From: Gemmatimonadales bacterium | GTDB taxonomy: Bacteria > Gemmatimonadota > Gemmatimonadetes > Gemmatimonadales > GWC2-71-9 | DNA: 64,000 nucleotides | NCBI GenBank assembly: GCA_036501385.1 | Contig: DASYAK010000009.1 | Coordinates: forward strand, 37,739 to 101,738 | Direction of reading: 5' to 3' | Made by a program: the position numbers and the translations under genes | The notes under the pieces: model-generated | Database searches by the model: none | Told to the model about the DNA's origin: nothing | Seen by the model: only the letters and a program-made list of their open reading frames with translations | Shown here: piece after piece, positions 45,182 to 54,871 of the stretch | How the letters are laid out: each line of letters begins with the position of its first letter | Position numbering within the stretch: position 1 is the stretch's first letter

Positions 45182-45573
45182 CGCCGCTTCTTCCCCTTCT
45201 TGCCGCCACGTTTCGGCGCGCTCTTGCGTGCGGCCTTCCTGGCTGGCTTGCGCGCTGTCTTCTTGGCCACCTTGCGAGCACTCTTCTTGGCTCCCTTGGC
45301 GGCGCGCTTGCTGGCGGCCTTCTTCACGCTCTTGCTGGCGACCTTCTTGGCGGCCTTCTTAGCGCTCTTCTTCGCCACCTTCTTTGCAGCCGGGCGCTTC
45401 GGCGGTGCGGCCTTGGCCGCAGGCGCAGGCTTCGCCGCCTTCTTGCGTGGCTTCGAGGCGACCTTGCCCGGGGCGGGCTCGGGAATGTCGAACCGGGGCG
45501 ACGCCGCGGGCGTGGCAGCGGCCCCTTCGAGCGACCCGTACTGGAAGTCGAACGATCCTTCGCTCATCACCAT
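45178..45573 (-). CDS. Histone H1-like Lys/Ala-repeat (KKAAKK) DNA-binding-type protein
   Basis: 131 aa. The C-terminal 100 aa are almost entirely K/A/P/R/S repeats (AKKVAKKSAKKAAKKVASKSVKKAASKRAAKGAKKSARK). AGGAGAG lies upstream of the ATG. Confidence 0.75.
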   Translation of the reverse strand: MVMSEGSFDFQYGSLEGAAATPAASPRFDIPEPAPGKVASKPRKKAAKPAPAAKAAPPKRPAAKKVAKKSAKKAAKKVASKSVKKAASKRAAKGAKKSARKVAKKTARKPARKAARKSAPKRGGKKGKKRR

Positions 45574-45705
45574 CGGTGCTCTCCTGCTCTGCGGCAGAAA
45601 ATGGGGTTAGGAACGGACTGCGGGGAACGGCACCGTGTCGAGCGGTGCGAATCGCTATTATATGTCGCGTCACTCTCCCGCTTCTGCAAGGTGTCGCCCG
45701 GTCGA

Positions 45706-46746
45706 ATGCGCGCGCTCTGCCTCACCGCCGTCGGCGGACCCGACGCTCTCGCCGTGCTGAACCTCCCGGCCCCGGTGCTCCAGCGCCCCGGAGATGTGAG
45801 GATCGGCATACGGGCTGCCGCACTGAATCACCTCGATTTGTGGATGGCCAAGGGGACGCCGGGCGTTACCGCACCATCCTTTCCGCATGTCGTTGGTACC
45901 GACGGCGCGGGCGTCGTGCTGGAGACCGGCAGTGCCGTGACCCACGTCGAGCCGGGCGACCGGGTGTTGATCAATCCTGGCGTCGCCTGCGGCGAATGCG
46001 ATGTGTGCGCCGCCGGCGATGACGTCTTCTGCCGGCAGTTCGGCGTCCTCGGCGAGCATCGACCGGGTCTCGCCGCCGAGGAGGTTGTCGTCCCGGGCCG
46101 CAACGTCCTGCCGATCCGGGGCGACTGGAATTGGCCTGCGGCTGCGGCGTTCACCCTGTCGACGCTCACCGCCTGGCGGATGCTCACGACCCGTGCCCGG
46201 CTCACTGCCGGCGAAACGGTACTGATCTGGGGGATCGGCGGCGGCGTGGCGATCGCCGCACTTCAGATCGCCAGGTACCTCGGCGCCCGGGTCGCCGTGA
46301 CATCGTCCTCGCCCGAGAAGCTGGCCCGAGCCCGCGAACTCGGCGCCGAACTCGGCCTCGATCACGCGGCGGAAAGGGATGTCCCGCGCGCCGTCAAGGA
46401 TCATTTCGGCGGTGGGGTGTCGGTTGCGGTCGACACCGTGGGTGCGCCCACCTGGGCGCGGTCGTTGCGCGCGCTCCGTCCGGGTGGCCGGCTGGTCACC
46501 TGCGGTGCGACGGGCGGACCAATGGTCGACCTCGACCTGCGCCGCCTCTTCTGGTTTCAGTGGTCACTCCTCGGATCCACCATGGGCACCGCCCGCGAAT
46601 TCGCCGAAATCACGGCGCTGGGCGATGCCGGATGGTTCCGGCCCCGCATCGATGGTGTCTTTCCGATCACCTCTGCCGCCGATGCCTACCGTCGCATGGC
46701 GCATGGCGAACAATTCGGCAAACTCGTACTCGAGGTTTCTCCGTGA
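45706..46746 (+). CDS. Zinc-type alcohol dehydrogenase / quinone oxidoreductase (MDR superfamily)
   Basis: The ATG at 45706 gives MRALCLTAVGGPDAL.... It has the GxGxxG-like WGIGGGVAIAALQIA and GECDVC motifs. Confidence 0.85.
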   Translation: MRALCLTAVGGPDALAVLNLPAPVLQRPGDVRIGIRAAALNHLDLWMAKGTPGVTAPSFPHVVGTDGAGVVLETGSAVTHVEPGDRVLINPGVACGECDVCAAGDDVFCRQFGVLGEHRPGLAAEEVVVPGRNVLPIRGDWNWPAAAAFTLSTLTAWRMLTTRARLTAGETVLIWGIGGGVAIAALQIARYLGARVAVTSSSPEKLARARELGAELGLDHAAERDVPRAVKDHFGGGVSVAVDTVGAPTWARSLRALRPGGRLVTCGATGGPMVDLDLRRLFWFQWSLLGSTMGTAREFAEITALGDAGWFRPRIDGVFPITSAADAYRRMAHGEQFGKLVLEVSP

Positions 46747-47447
46747 ACGAACTCGCTGACCGGCTGCGCGCAGGAGCGCAGCAATTGTGGGCCGTGCTCC
46801 CGGCGCTGATCGTCGCCGCGCTGATCTTCCTGGTGGGCTATCTCGTTGCCAAGCAGCTGGAGAAGTGGACCGATCGACTTCTCAAGCGGCTCGACTTCAA
46901 CAAGGTCGCCGAGGCGGGTGGATTGCGCGAAGCGGTCGACCGGACATCGAGTGGACTCGACCCGGTCCACGCAGTCGGAAAGTTGATCTTCTGGCTGGTG
47001 ATGCTCGTCGTGATCCTGCTCGCGTCGGCGGCGTTGGGCCTCGACAGCATCAACCGGATGTTCGGCATCATGCTGGGATTCATTCCGACCCTGATAGCCG
47101 CGATCGTGATCGTGATTCTCGGCATCGTGGTGGGAGAATTCGTCCGCGGCCTGATCATGGCGTCGGCCGGCGGGGTCGAAGGCGTTCCGATTCTTGCCAA
47201 CGTCGCCAAGGGATCGGTCGTGGTGATCGCCGTGTTCATGGCGCTGCAGCAACTCGGTGTCGCCGAGGAGTTGATCACTGCGGCGTTCACGCTGGTCCTG
47301 GGCGCGGTGGCGCTCGGCGTGGGTCTCGCCTTCGGACTGGGAAACACGACGCTTGCCGGCGAGGTCACGCGGCGGTGGTATCAGACCTACCGGGAACGGC
47401 GTCTCAAGGCGGAAGCGGCGCGCCGCGCTGCGGACGAAATCGAGTAA
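46743..47447 (+). CDS. Multi-TM membrane protein (conserved TM-helix repeat, mechanosensitive-channel-associated type)
   Basis: The GTG at 46743 overlaps the upstream stop (GTGA). It has five hydrophobic helices and a charged C-terminal tail. The functional label is tentative. Confidence 0.65.
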   Translation: MNELADRLRAGAQQLWAVLPALIVAALIFLVGYLVAKQLEKWTDRLLKRLDFNKVAEAGGLREAVDRTSSGLDPVHAVGKLIFWLVMLVVILLASAALGLDSINRMFGIMLGFIPTLIAAIVIVILGIVVGEFVRGLIMASAGGVEGVPILANVAKGSVVVIAVFMALQQLGVAEELITAAFTLVLGAVALGVGLAFGLGNTTLAGEVTRRWYQTYRERRLKAEAARRAADEIE

Positions 47448-47453
47448 ATCCGG

Positions 47454-48515
47454 CTACTGCTGCCCCTTGGCCTCGGCAGGAACCGGATATCGCAGCAGAC
47501 GGATTCCGCCGGGAAACTCCTCGCCCATGAGGATGTAGTTCCCGTCGACGCCGAGCGCGAAGCCGCGACTCGGGACCGTCACGACGTCGAGAACCCCGGA
47601 ACTATCGACCACCTGGAAGTGCCGGACCGGGGAGAGCGCGGTGTCGCTCTTGGCGAGCCACATCCGGTGATCGGGGGTCACGAAGACGTGTTCGAATGGC
47701 GGCTTGGTCGCCACATTGGGCAATAGCCGCGCATCGGCGCGCTGGTCCTCCGGGAAGTGGCGCGCCCACAGTTCGCGATCCATCGGTGTGACCGTGAGGA
47801 CCGGATCGGGGAGCATCGGAGAGCGAAGAACCTTTTTCGCCCCGGGATGGTGCCACTCGATCTGATTCTGGAAGACCCGCGCGACCCAGAGCGTTCCGTT
47901 GGGAAGAACGCCCCAGGCGTCATCGCCACCAAGCACGCGGCGCTGCCAGTGTTCACCGTCGACCCCGGCGACTTGCACCAGTTCCGGCGGGGAGAGACGG
48001 GTCAGGGTATCGAATTTCGTGAGCTGTGGATCGCCGCGCACCACGACGCTGCTGTCGAGCAGTCCACTCCCGTCAATCTTCGCATCAGGCGAGAGCTGGA
48101 AATACCACTGGCCGGCCGCGTCGCGCGCACGCGGTAGCGCGCCGTGAAGTGCATCCGGCGCCGGCCACGCGGCAAGTCGCTGGCCACTGGCCCAGGCGGT
48201 GAATCGGCGCAATCCCCAATCGCCCACGATGATCGTATCGCCACTTCCGATCAGCGTGATCGGGTGCGGCACATCCGCGCTGGTGATTCCAGGAACGCGC
48301 GTGACCGACTTGGCGTCGAAGTCGACGACGAAGAGTTGATTGTCGATCGGCGCGAGGAGAACCCACCGTCCCGCGGATTGCGGTACGGCCGTGGCGACAC
48401 CGACCGCGGGGACTACCAGCGTATCCACCGTGGCGGCGACGGCGATGGATGGCGGTGGTTTCGGCGGCGAGCAAGCGGCCGCTACGGCGAGGACCAGCGG
48501 AAGGCTGCGTCGCAT
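47454..48515 (-). CDS. Lipoprotein of unknown function
   Basis: 353 aa with lipobox LAVAAACS and beta-rich composition. No motif recognised. Confidence 0.7.
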   Translation of the reverse strand: MRRSLPLVLAVAAACSPPKPPPSIAVAATVDTLVVPAVGVATAVPQSAGRWVLLAPIDNQLFVVDFDAKSVTRVPGITSADVPHPITLIGSGDTIIVGDWGLRRFTAWASGQRLAAWPAPDALHGALPRARDAAGQWYFQLSPDAKIDGSGLLDSSVVVRGDPQLTKFDTLTRLSPPELVQVAGVDGEHWQRRVLGGDDAWGVLPNGTLWVARVFQNQIEWHHPGAKKVLRSPMLPDPVLTVTPMDRELWARHFPEDQRADARLLPNVATKPPFEHVFVTPDHRMWLAKSDTALSPVRHFQVVDSSGVLDVVTVPSRGFALGVDGNYILMGEEFPGGIRLLRYPVPAEAKGQQ

Positions 48516-48610
48516 GCCCGGAAGATACGGCTGTCCGGTTACAAAATGCGATCGAATCTATGGCGAGATCGGATTGGCCCGATCACGATCCGGTCGGGGA
48601 ATGTCGCGAG

Positions 48611-48681
<71 letters not shown>

Positions 48682-48719
48682 GCAATCGCCGGGAAGCTAT
48701 TGGGTCCGGAGCGGAGCGG

Positions 48720-50348
48720 CTAGGGTCGCGGAAGCGGGAGGATGCCGAGATTCGCGGAGTCCGGGCGTGCGATCAGATGCCATCCCTCTGCCTGCATTTC
48801 GGGCGAGACGTTGTTGGCCAGGAGCGCCCGCACTCCGATCCGCGAGAGCCGCTCGGTGATCGCCAATCGGCTTGCCGGCGTCGCGTCCCAGAAACCGGTC
48901 GAGTCAAGAACCTGCGCGACGATCGGCGTGCCTCCCGCGAAGGCGGCGTATTGCTCGAAAGCATCGCCTATCGCCGCGACCGGCGCACCGGCGCCAACGC
49001 CGAGGCGGTGTAGCGTGTCGGCTTCGGCGAGATAACCCGGCCGGTAGGTAAGCGCGAAGCCACCGCTGTTCCGGTACAGATTCACGGTCACCGAAATCGT
49101 CAGCATCCCCAGCGCGGCAGCCAAGGCCCACCTGGTTCCGCGGCGCCCCCGGCGTGACATCATCTTCGCCCAGTACGATGCCACGAGCGTCAGGATGAAG
49201 CCGGCGAGATAGCGCGATTCGACGTGCACCAGCGCGTAGACAAGCGCTGCTCCGACCGCCCAGACCGCGAGGACCACCGGCATTCGGGATCGAGCGCTCC
49301 GCCCGCGATCGCGCACCGTAGCATACCAGATCAGGATCATCGCCAGGATCGTCGCCCATTGTCCGAGGATGACCAGCACCAGATCGGCGGCTCCCTGCCG
49401 GAGGGCGCTCCATTGGCCAGCGAAGTCGAATCGTGGCCGCACTCCGGCGTACCAGTACGAAGGGTCGTACCAGAGTGGATACGTCCCGCTGACTGGCGTC
49501 GCGAACTCGATGGTTCGCGGGTGCGGCCAGAGGGTGCGTGGCGGGTGGCTCGGCACGCCGAACCGCGGGGCCGAATCGCCTTGCCATCCGATGAAGGGCA
49601 TGACGCCGTCGACCGCCCAGGCGTAGTTGAGGCGGCCCACATCGCCCACCGTGACTCGTCCCAGTCTGCCGCTGACGTTTGCGATCAATGGCGCACAGAC
49701 CAGCGCAAATACGACCCCGGCAACACCCAGCTTCATGCGCGCACGTTCAACGCGCGGTGGCATCAGGATCAGTAACGCAAGAAGGAGAACGTCGAGCGGA
49801 AGGAGGATTCCCTTGATCCAGTAACCCGCGCCGAGAATCGCTCCGAAGGCAATGAACGGCATCATCGCCGAGCCGCTCTCGTCGAGGGTTATGGCACACT
49901 CCGCCGTGGCCACCACCATCAGCATGACGGCGATGTCGGGGGTCAGCAGGCCGAATCCGATTGACTCGATCGCCACAGCGGTGCCACAGGCAATCCCGGC
50001 GGCCGTAGCGTAGCGCCCGACCGGGTTGTCGTCGTCCTGCCATGGTCGGGCGAGCCTCTGCAGCACCGCGACGTAAAGCACGACGGCAAGACTGCAGAGG
50101 ACCACATTGACCGCATGCAGCAGCGGAATCAGCACCGACCATCCGCTCCGCACCAGCGCGACGACGGGTGCGATGAGGAGCGGATACCCCGGACTCCAAT
50201 AGCCGTTCACCGCGGCATGCGGGCCGCCCGTGGCGACGGCGCGAGCCAGTTCGATGTAGCTGATGCCGTCGGGGTTGAGATCGTACCGATTCCCCCAGGC
50301 ATCGATGAGCGCCATCGCCACTGCCACGACGGCACACCACCAGGCCAA
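48720..50348 (-). CDS. Polytopic membrane protein, putative GT-C-fold glycosyltransferase (ArnT/PMT-like)
   Basis: It has more than 10 TM helices. An early loop, DLNPDGISYIELA, and the overall topology are reminiscent of the GT39/GT83 families. The start is uncertain (TTG at 50348 or ATG at 50315). The upstream part of ORF 48720..50822 is unlikely to be translated. Confidence 0.55.
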   Translation of the reverse strand: MAWWCAVVAVAMALIDAWGNRYDLNPDGISYIELARAVATGGPHAAVNGYWSPGYPLLIAPVVALVRSGWSVLIPLLHAVNVVLCSLAVVLYVAVLQRLARPWQDDDNPVGRYATAAGIACGTAVAIESIGFGLLTPDIAVMLMVVATAECAITLDESGSAMMPFIAFGAILGAGYWIKGILLPLDVLLLALLILMPPRVERARMKLGVAGVVFALVCAPLIANVSGRLGRVTVGDVGRLNYAWAVDGVMPFIGWQGDSAPRFGVPSHPPRTLWPHPRTIEFATPVSGTYPLWYDPSYWYAGVRPRFDFAGQWSALRQGAADLVLVILGQWATILAMILIWYATVRDRGRSARSRMPVVLAVWAVGAALVYALVHVESRYLAGFILTLVASYWAKMMSRRGRRGTRWALAAALGMLTISVTVNLYRNSGGFALTYRPGYLAEADTLHRLGVGAGAPVAAIGDAFEQYAAFAGGTPIVAQVLDSTGFWDATPASRLAITERLSRIGVRALLANNVSPEMQAEGWHLIARPDSANLGILPLPRP

Positions 50349-50573
50349 CCGCCTGTCGGTTCGGGAGCAATGGAGCGGAGCCGCCGGTGAACGTGCACTG
50401 GCCGCATGCCCGCGATCAGAGTCGCTGCGAGGCAGAGATTGCTCCTGGAGATTCGATCGGCGTCGAGCAACGACAATACTACATGCCGCTCTCGACGGAA
50501 AACTGTCGACCGGTGCATCTTCCGGGTACCCTGAATGAACGGAGCGGATTCTCGTGGCGCAACTGGAGGCATC

Positions 50574-51074
50574 GTGAAGAATCAGACGCACCAGGATCGG
50601 GAATCCGCGGCCACCGAGCGGAACTCGATCCTGACGCTGATTGCGATCTTCAAGTTCGCCAAGGCGCTCACGCTCATTGCGCTCGGGCTCGGCGCATTGC
50701 AATTGATTCGTGCCGACGTGCGCGAACAGGCAGCGTCGGTCTTCGAGGCGCTCGGATCGTCTGTTGATGTCGTACCGGTGCTGCGGCTCCTCCGGGGCAT
50801 CGGCGCGCTCGCACCGGGTCAATTGCGGCTGGTGGGAATGGGGGCCTTTGTTTACGCGGCGCTCTTCCTGACCGAGGGGATCGGGCTCTGGCGGCAGCGG
50901 CGGTGGGCCGAATATCTCACGCTGATCGCCACGGCCTCATTCATCCCATTTGAGATCTTCGAGGCTGCGCAACGGCTCACAATTCCCCGCGTAAGCGCGT
51001 TGGTGATCAACATTGGCGTGCTGCTCTACCTCGTCCTGTTGCTGCGGAGACCCCCGCGCTGGGGACTATCGTAG
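50574..51074 (+). CDS. DUF2127-like membrane protein
   Basis: The GTG at 50574 follows GGAGG. It has four TM helices and a LIAIFKFAKALTLIALG opening typical of DUF2127. Confidence 0.65.
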   Translation: MKNQTHQDRESAATERNSILTLIAIFKFAKALTLIALGLGALQLIRADVREQAASVFEALGSSVDVVPVLRLLRGIGALAPGQLRLVGMGAFVYAALFLTEGIGLWRQRRWAEYLTLIATASFIPFEIFEAAQRLTIPRVSALVINIGVLLYLVLLLRRPPRWGLS

Positions 51075-51794
51075 CAGCACGCGGATCTTGTCGCGGTAGG
51101 TCCGCCCAGTCACGATTTTGCTGCCATCTTCGAGCAGGAGGACCGATTCGCCCTGGAACCACGGCTGGACTTCCCGGACCCGCGCAACGTTGACGATGTG
51201 CGAGCGATGGACCCTGAGGAAACTCAGCTGTGGCAGCCGCTGCTCTACGCTGGTCAGGCTTTCGCGCGCGAGAAGGATCGTGCCACCCCGCAGATGGAAG
51301 TGCGATACGTCGCGATCGGCCTCGACCCGTTCGATGTCGTCGAGACGCACGCGGACGATCCGGCCATCGGCACGCACCGCTATCCGCCCGCCCGGGGCCC
51401 GTGACCCGGCCGGTGACGCCAGGCGCGAACGCAGCGCCTGCTTCGCGCGGCCCACCGCGCTGTAGAGCCGATCGCGCTCGAACGGCTTCACCAGGTAGTC
51501 GATGGCGCGAACGTCGAATGCCTTGACCGCGTGCTCGTCGAACGCCGTCACGAAGATCACCAGCGGATAGGTCTGGCCGGCAATCCGCTCCAGAACGCCG
51601 AAGCCGTCGAGATCCGGAAGGCGCACGTCGAGGAAGACGAGATCGGGGGCGTCGCGTTGCAACGCCGCCACGGCGTCCTCGCCGAAAGCGCACTCGCCGA
51701 CGATTTCCAGGTCGTCGTCGCCACTCAGCAGCTCGCGAATCCGCTGGCGCGCCAGCGCTTCGTCGTCGACGATCAGCGTGCGGATCCGGTTCAT
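51066..51794 (-). CDS. LytR/AlgR-family response regulator (receiver plus LytTR DNA-binding domain)
   Basis: The receiver is LIVDDE...VFLDVRLPDLDG. The LytTR C-terminus is SFLRVHRSHIVNVARV. Confidence 0.9.
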   Translation of the reverse strand: MNRIRTLIVDDEALARQRIRELLSGDDDLEIVGECAFGEDAVAALQRDAPDLVFLDVRLPDLDGFGVLERIAGQTYPLVIFVTAFDEHAVKAFDVRAIDYLVKPFERDRLYSAVGRAKQALRSRLASPAGSRAPGGRIAVRADGRIVRVRLDDIERVEADRDVSHFHLRGGTILLARESLTSVEQRLPQLSFLRVHRSHIVNVARVREVQPWFQGESVLLLEDGSKIVTGRTYRDKIRVLLR

Positions 51795-52972
51795 GCGAAT
51801 GCGACCTGCGCCTGCGCCACCGGCTCGGCGGCTCGCGCTAGACGGAGCGGGAGAATCACTTCCGCCAGCGCGCCACCGGTGCTCCGATTGCGAACCGTGA
51901 AGGAGAAGCCGGTGCCGTAGAGATGCTCGAGGCGGGCTCGCGTCGTCTTGAGCCCGATCGCTTCCTGCCGGCCCTCCATCGCGCCCGGCTGCAATCCGGG
52001 GCCGTCGTCGCGCACCTCGATCACCACCGACCCCTTGTCCCGCCTGGCGATGAGCTCAAGCGTACGGGGTTCGCGCGACAGCGCGACGGCGTGGTGCACC
52101 GCATTTTCGACCAGCGGCTGCAACAGGAAGTTCGGCACCAGCACGTCACGCAATTCCGGATCGACGTGAATCGAGACGTGCAGCCGGTCCTGGAAACGAA
52201 TTCGTTCCACGTCGAGATAGGCGCGGGCGAACTCGACCTCCTTCGACAGCGCGACCTCCGCGATTCCCTCGGTCTGCAGCGCGAATCGCAGCAGCTGGCT
52301 GAGCCGGGTGATCATCAGCTCGGCGCGTTCGGGGTCGGACAGAATCAGCCCGCACGCGGAATTGAGGGTGTTGAACAAGAAGTGCGGACAGAGCTGCGCC
52401 CGGAGAGCGGTCAATTCGGCCGTAACCACCTGGGCCTTGAGTTGCGCCGATTGCACTTGCGACTCGTGGAACGCCCGGCTGTAATGAGCGAGATATGCCA
52501 GCCCAACCAGGACGCCGTAGATCATCAGGCCGCCCGCCACCTGCCCGAGACTGGGCGGTCCAAGCCCTGGGGGGAACCCCAGCGGAACCGGTCCCGGCGC
52601 GATCTGGAGGGCGGTGAGAATGGTGCGGCTGAGGAAGAGATGAATCCCGGTCAATGCCAACCCGAGCGTCACATTGATCCCAAGCAGACGCACCAGTCCA
52701 GGGCAGACAGGCCAGCGATCGGGAATGTACAGAATGATCGGAACGAAGAGGACCCAGATATACCACGGCACCGCCTGGGTCGCGAACGCCGCGCCGAACG
52801 ACACCGGCCGCCCCGCCGCGAGCATCACCGCCTGATATTCCACGGCGAACACTCCCCCGATCGCCGTGGCGAGGAGAGCGGCAAGACTGCTGATCTGCAG
52901 GCGGCGTGACACCGTGGCGAACCTCAGGCTCCGGACCGGGTCAAGTGTGTCGCAGCGCCCCGTCCGGAGCAA
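51791..52972 (-). CDS. LytS/YehU-type sensor histidine kinase
   Basis: It has N-terminal TM helices, the PHFLFNTLNS His_kinase motif, and an HATPase_c C-terminus. A 4-nt overlap links it to the regulator gene. Confidence 0.85.
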   Translation of the reverse strand: MLRTGRCDTLDPVRSLRFATVSRRLQISSLAALLATAIGGVFAVEYQAVMLAAGRPVSFGAAFATQAVPWYIWVLFVPIILYIPDRWPVCPGLVRLLGINVTLGLALTGIHLFLSRTILTALQIAPGPVPLGFPPGLGPPSLGQVAGGLMIYGVLVGLAYLAHYSRAFHESQVQSAQLKAQVVTAELTALRAQLCPHFLFNTLNSACGLILSDPERAELMITRLSQLLRFALQTEGIAEVALSKEVEFARAYLDVERIRFQDRLHVSIHVDPELRDVLVPNFLLQPLVENAVHHAVALSREPRTLELIARRDKGSVVIEVRDDGPGLQPGAMEGRQEAIGLKTTRARLEHLYGTGFSFTVRNRSTGGALAEVILPLRLARAAEPVAQAQVAFA

Positions 52973-52993
52973 GAGGCCGACACCTGGAGGACC

Positions 52994-53437
52994 TCAAGGC
53001 ACTCGGCGGCCGTAAGGGTCGCCCGGCGGGGGCGGGGGCGGAGCGGGCGGGGGCGTCACGCTGTTGCTGCCGACCACTACCGTCCCGGTCATGAAGGTGT
53101 GGACCGAGCAGTGATAGGTGTAGGTGCCAGCCGTCGTGAAGGTGCGCGACACACTCACGTTCGCGTCGGGCGAATTGACGGTGGCGATGTTGTCGGGCGC
53201 GCCGTTGACCGCGTCGAACGTCACGGTATGACCTACGCTTCCGAACACGAACGTCACCGACTGGTTCGGCTGGATCGTGATCACGCTCGGCGAGAACGCA
53301 AGGCTCGCCAGCGCTTGCACGTTGTTGCCATTGCCGCCCGAGGAGCTCGGCGCCGTCGGCGTACTCCCGCCACAAGCACCAATCGCGCCGCCAACCGCTA
53401 GCATTGTCAGGATTCGCTGCCATCTGTTGCCAATCAT
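52994..53437 (-). CDS. Cupredoxin (plastocyanin/amicyanin-like type-1 copper) lipoprotein
   Basis: The ATG at 53437 gives a signal plus lipobox (AIGACGG). The ligand set is GHTVTF ... YHCSVHTFM (H, C, H, M). It has a Pro-rich C-terminal tail. Confidence 0.8.
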   Translation of the reverse strand: MIGNRWQRILTMLAVGGAIGACGGSTPTAPSSSGGNGNNVQALASLAFSPSVITIQPNQSVTFVFGSVGHTVTFDAVNGAPDNIATVNSPDANVSVSRTFTTAGTYTYHCSVHTFMTGTVVVGSNSVTPPPAPPPPPPGDPYGRRVP

Positions 53438-53708
53438 AGGATCCCCATGGTCCAAAGAGCGCGCAGTCCCTGGAAGGCAAGAGGACTGCGCGAGTGCACA
53501 AGAATCGCTTGGGGATCGAGGCAGGCATACGATCCGGCGACGAATCGACGAATGGCCGGGACCGACGGCCGCCGGAACCATACGAACTCGTCATCCCGGA
53601 CGGCCCGCGAGTTCGTTCCCCCGTTCCGTAGTGCTCCGGATGCGGGAGAGCGGGAGCAGCATATCAATTCCGGATGCCGGGCGCCGATCGAGCTGCGACG
53701 CCCGACCG

Positions 53709-54851
53709 TCAATTCCCGAGGAGGACGCCAAGCGGCTCCAAGGGTCGCACCCGATCGGCGATGACCTTGACCAGTACGGTGAGCGGTACCGCCAGCACCG
53801 CTCCGGTGATTCCCCAGATCCATCCCCAGAAGAGGAGTCCGAGAAAAATCGCCACTGCGTTGAGCGGCAAGCGATGACCGAGGAGAAGCGGCGTGATCAC
53901 GTTCCCTTCGAGCACCGAAATGACGAGAAACGAGCCAACGGCAAGCAACACCCGACGCGTGTCGTCGAACGTCGCCAGCGACATGACGCCAATCACCGCC
54001 AGCATCGCCAGCGATCCGAGATACGGAATGAAGTTGAGGATCGCCGCGAGCGCTCCCCACAGCGCCGGGTTCGGCAGCCCGATCAACTTGAGCGATGCCC
54101 ACGTCGCTGTGCCGAGACTTACGTGGATCAGGACGCTGGTGGAGAGATAGCGCGACATCTGCGTCTGCAGATCGCGCAGACCGTCGACCATTTCGCGGCG
54201 ATATCGCTCCGGCATGATGTCGCCGAGCTTTTGCCGAAAGCGCTCGCCGGCGGCGAGAAGAAAGAAGGTGAGAAAGATCACTGACGACGCCGCGCCGGCC
54301 ACGCCGATGGTAGTTCCCGGAATGGTCGACAGCACGCCCGGCGGCGCGACCTCGACCTTGGCGCGCACATCACCCGGCGTGGTGGGGCTGCTGGTCACCT
54401 CCTGCATCTTCGCGGCGGTGCGCTGGAGATTGTGCAGCGGCACGGCGATCTGCTGCACGCGTCGCTGAACCTGTTCGAGCGTTTCGGGCGCCCGTGACAG
54501 CCACGACGCGGCGGGCCGCGCCAGCGAAACGATCGCAGCGATCGCGACGATCACCACCGCAACCACCACGAGCCCGGCTGCAACACCGGCCGGCACACGT
54601 CGTTCGATCAGCCAGCGAACCGGTGGTGCGAGGAGGAGCGCCAGCAGCGCGGATGCGAAGACCGGGAGGAAGAAGGCGCTCGCGAGCCGGAGCACTGCCA
54701 TCACGAGGATCAGGAAGATCCCGCCGAGCATCCAGCGAACCGGATCGCGCAGGAGGCGTTCACGAACATGACGCCGGGCGGCACGATGCGTCACGACGGA
54801 CATCCGATCAGCTCCCGGCGGCGAGGGACGGATCGCGCATCGCGCGGTCAC
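53709..54851 (-). CDS. AI-2E family transporter (PerM/UPF0118)
   Basis: It has about 8 TM helices and motifs typical of the family (ILNFIPYLGS, ILAVPLT). The start may be the ATG at 54803. Confidence 0.85.
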   Translation of the reverse strand: MTARCAIRPSPPGADRMSVVTHRAARRHVRERLLRDPVRWMLGGIFLILVMAVLRLASAFFLPVFASALLALLLAPPVRWLIERRVPAGVAAGLVVVAVVIVAIAAIVSLARPAASWLSRAPETLEQVQRRVQQIAVPLHNLQRTAAKMQEVTSSPTTPGDVRAKVEVAPPGVLSTIPGTTIGVAGAASSVIFLTFFLLAAGERFRQKLGDIMPERYRREMVDGLRDLQTQMSRYLSTSVLIHVSLGTATWASLKLIGLPNPALWGALAAILNFIPYLGSLAMLAVIGVMSLATFDDTRRVLLAVGSFLVISVLEGNVITPLLLGHRLPLNAVAIFLGLLFWGWIWGITGAVLAVPLTVLVKVIADRVRPLEPLGVLLGN

Positions 54852-54871
54852 ATCAGATAGGACGTCTCATC

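Noticed and set aside
52941-53594. 217-aa minus-strand ORF spanning the cupredoxin leader
   Set aside because: It is in a different frame from the cupredoxin gene, which has a clear type-1 copper ligand set, and it has no motifs.
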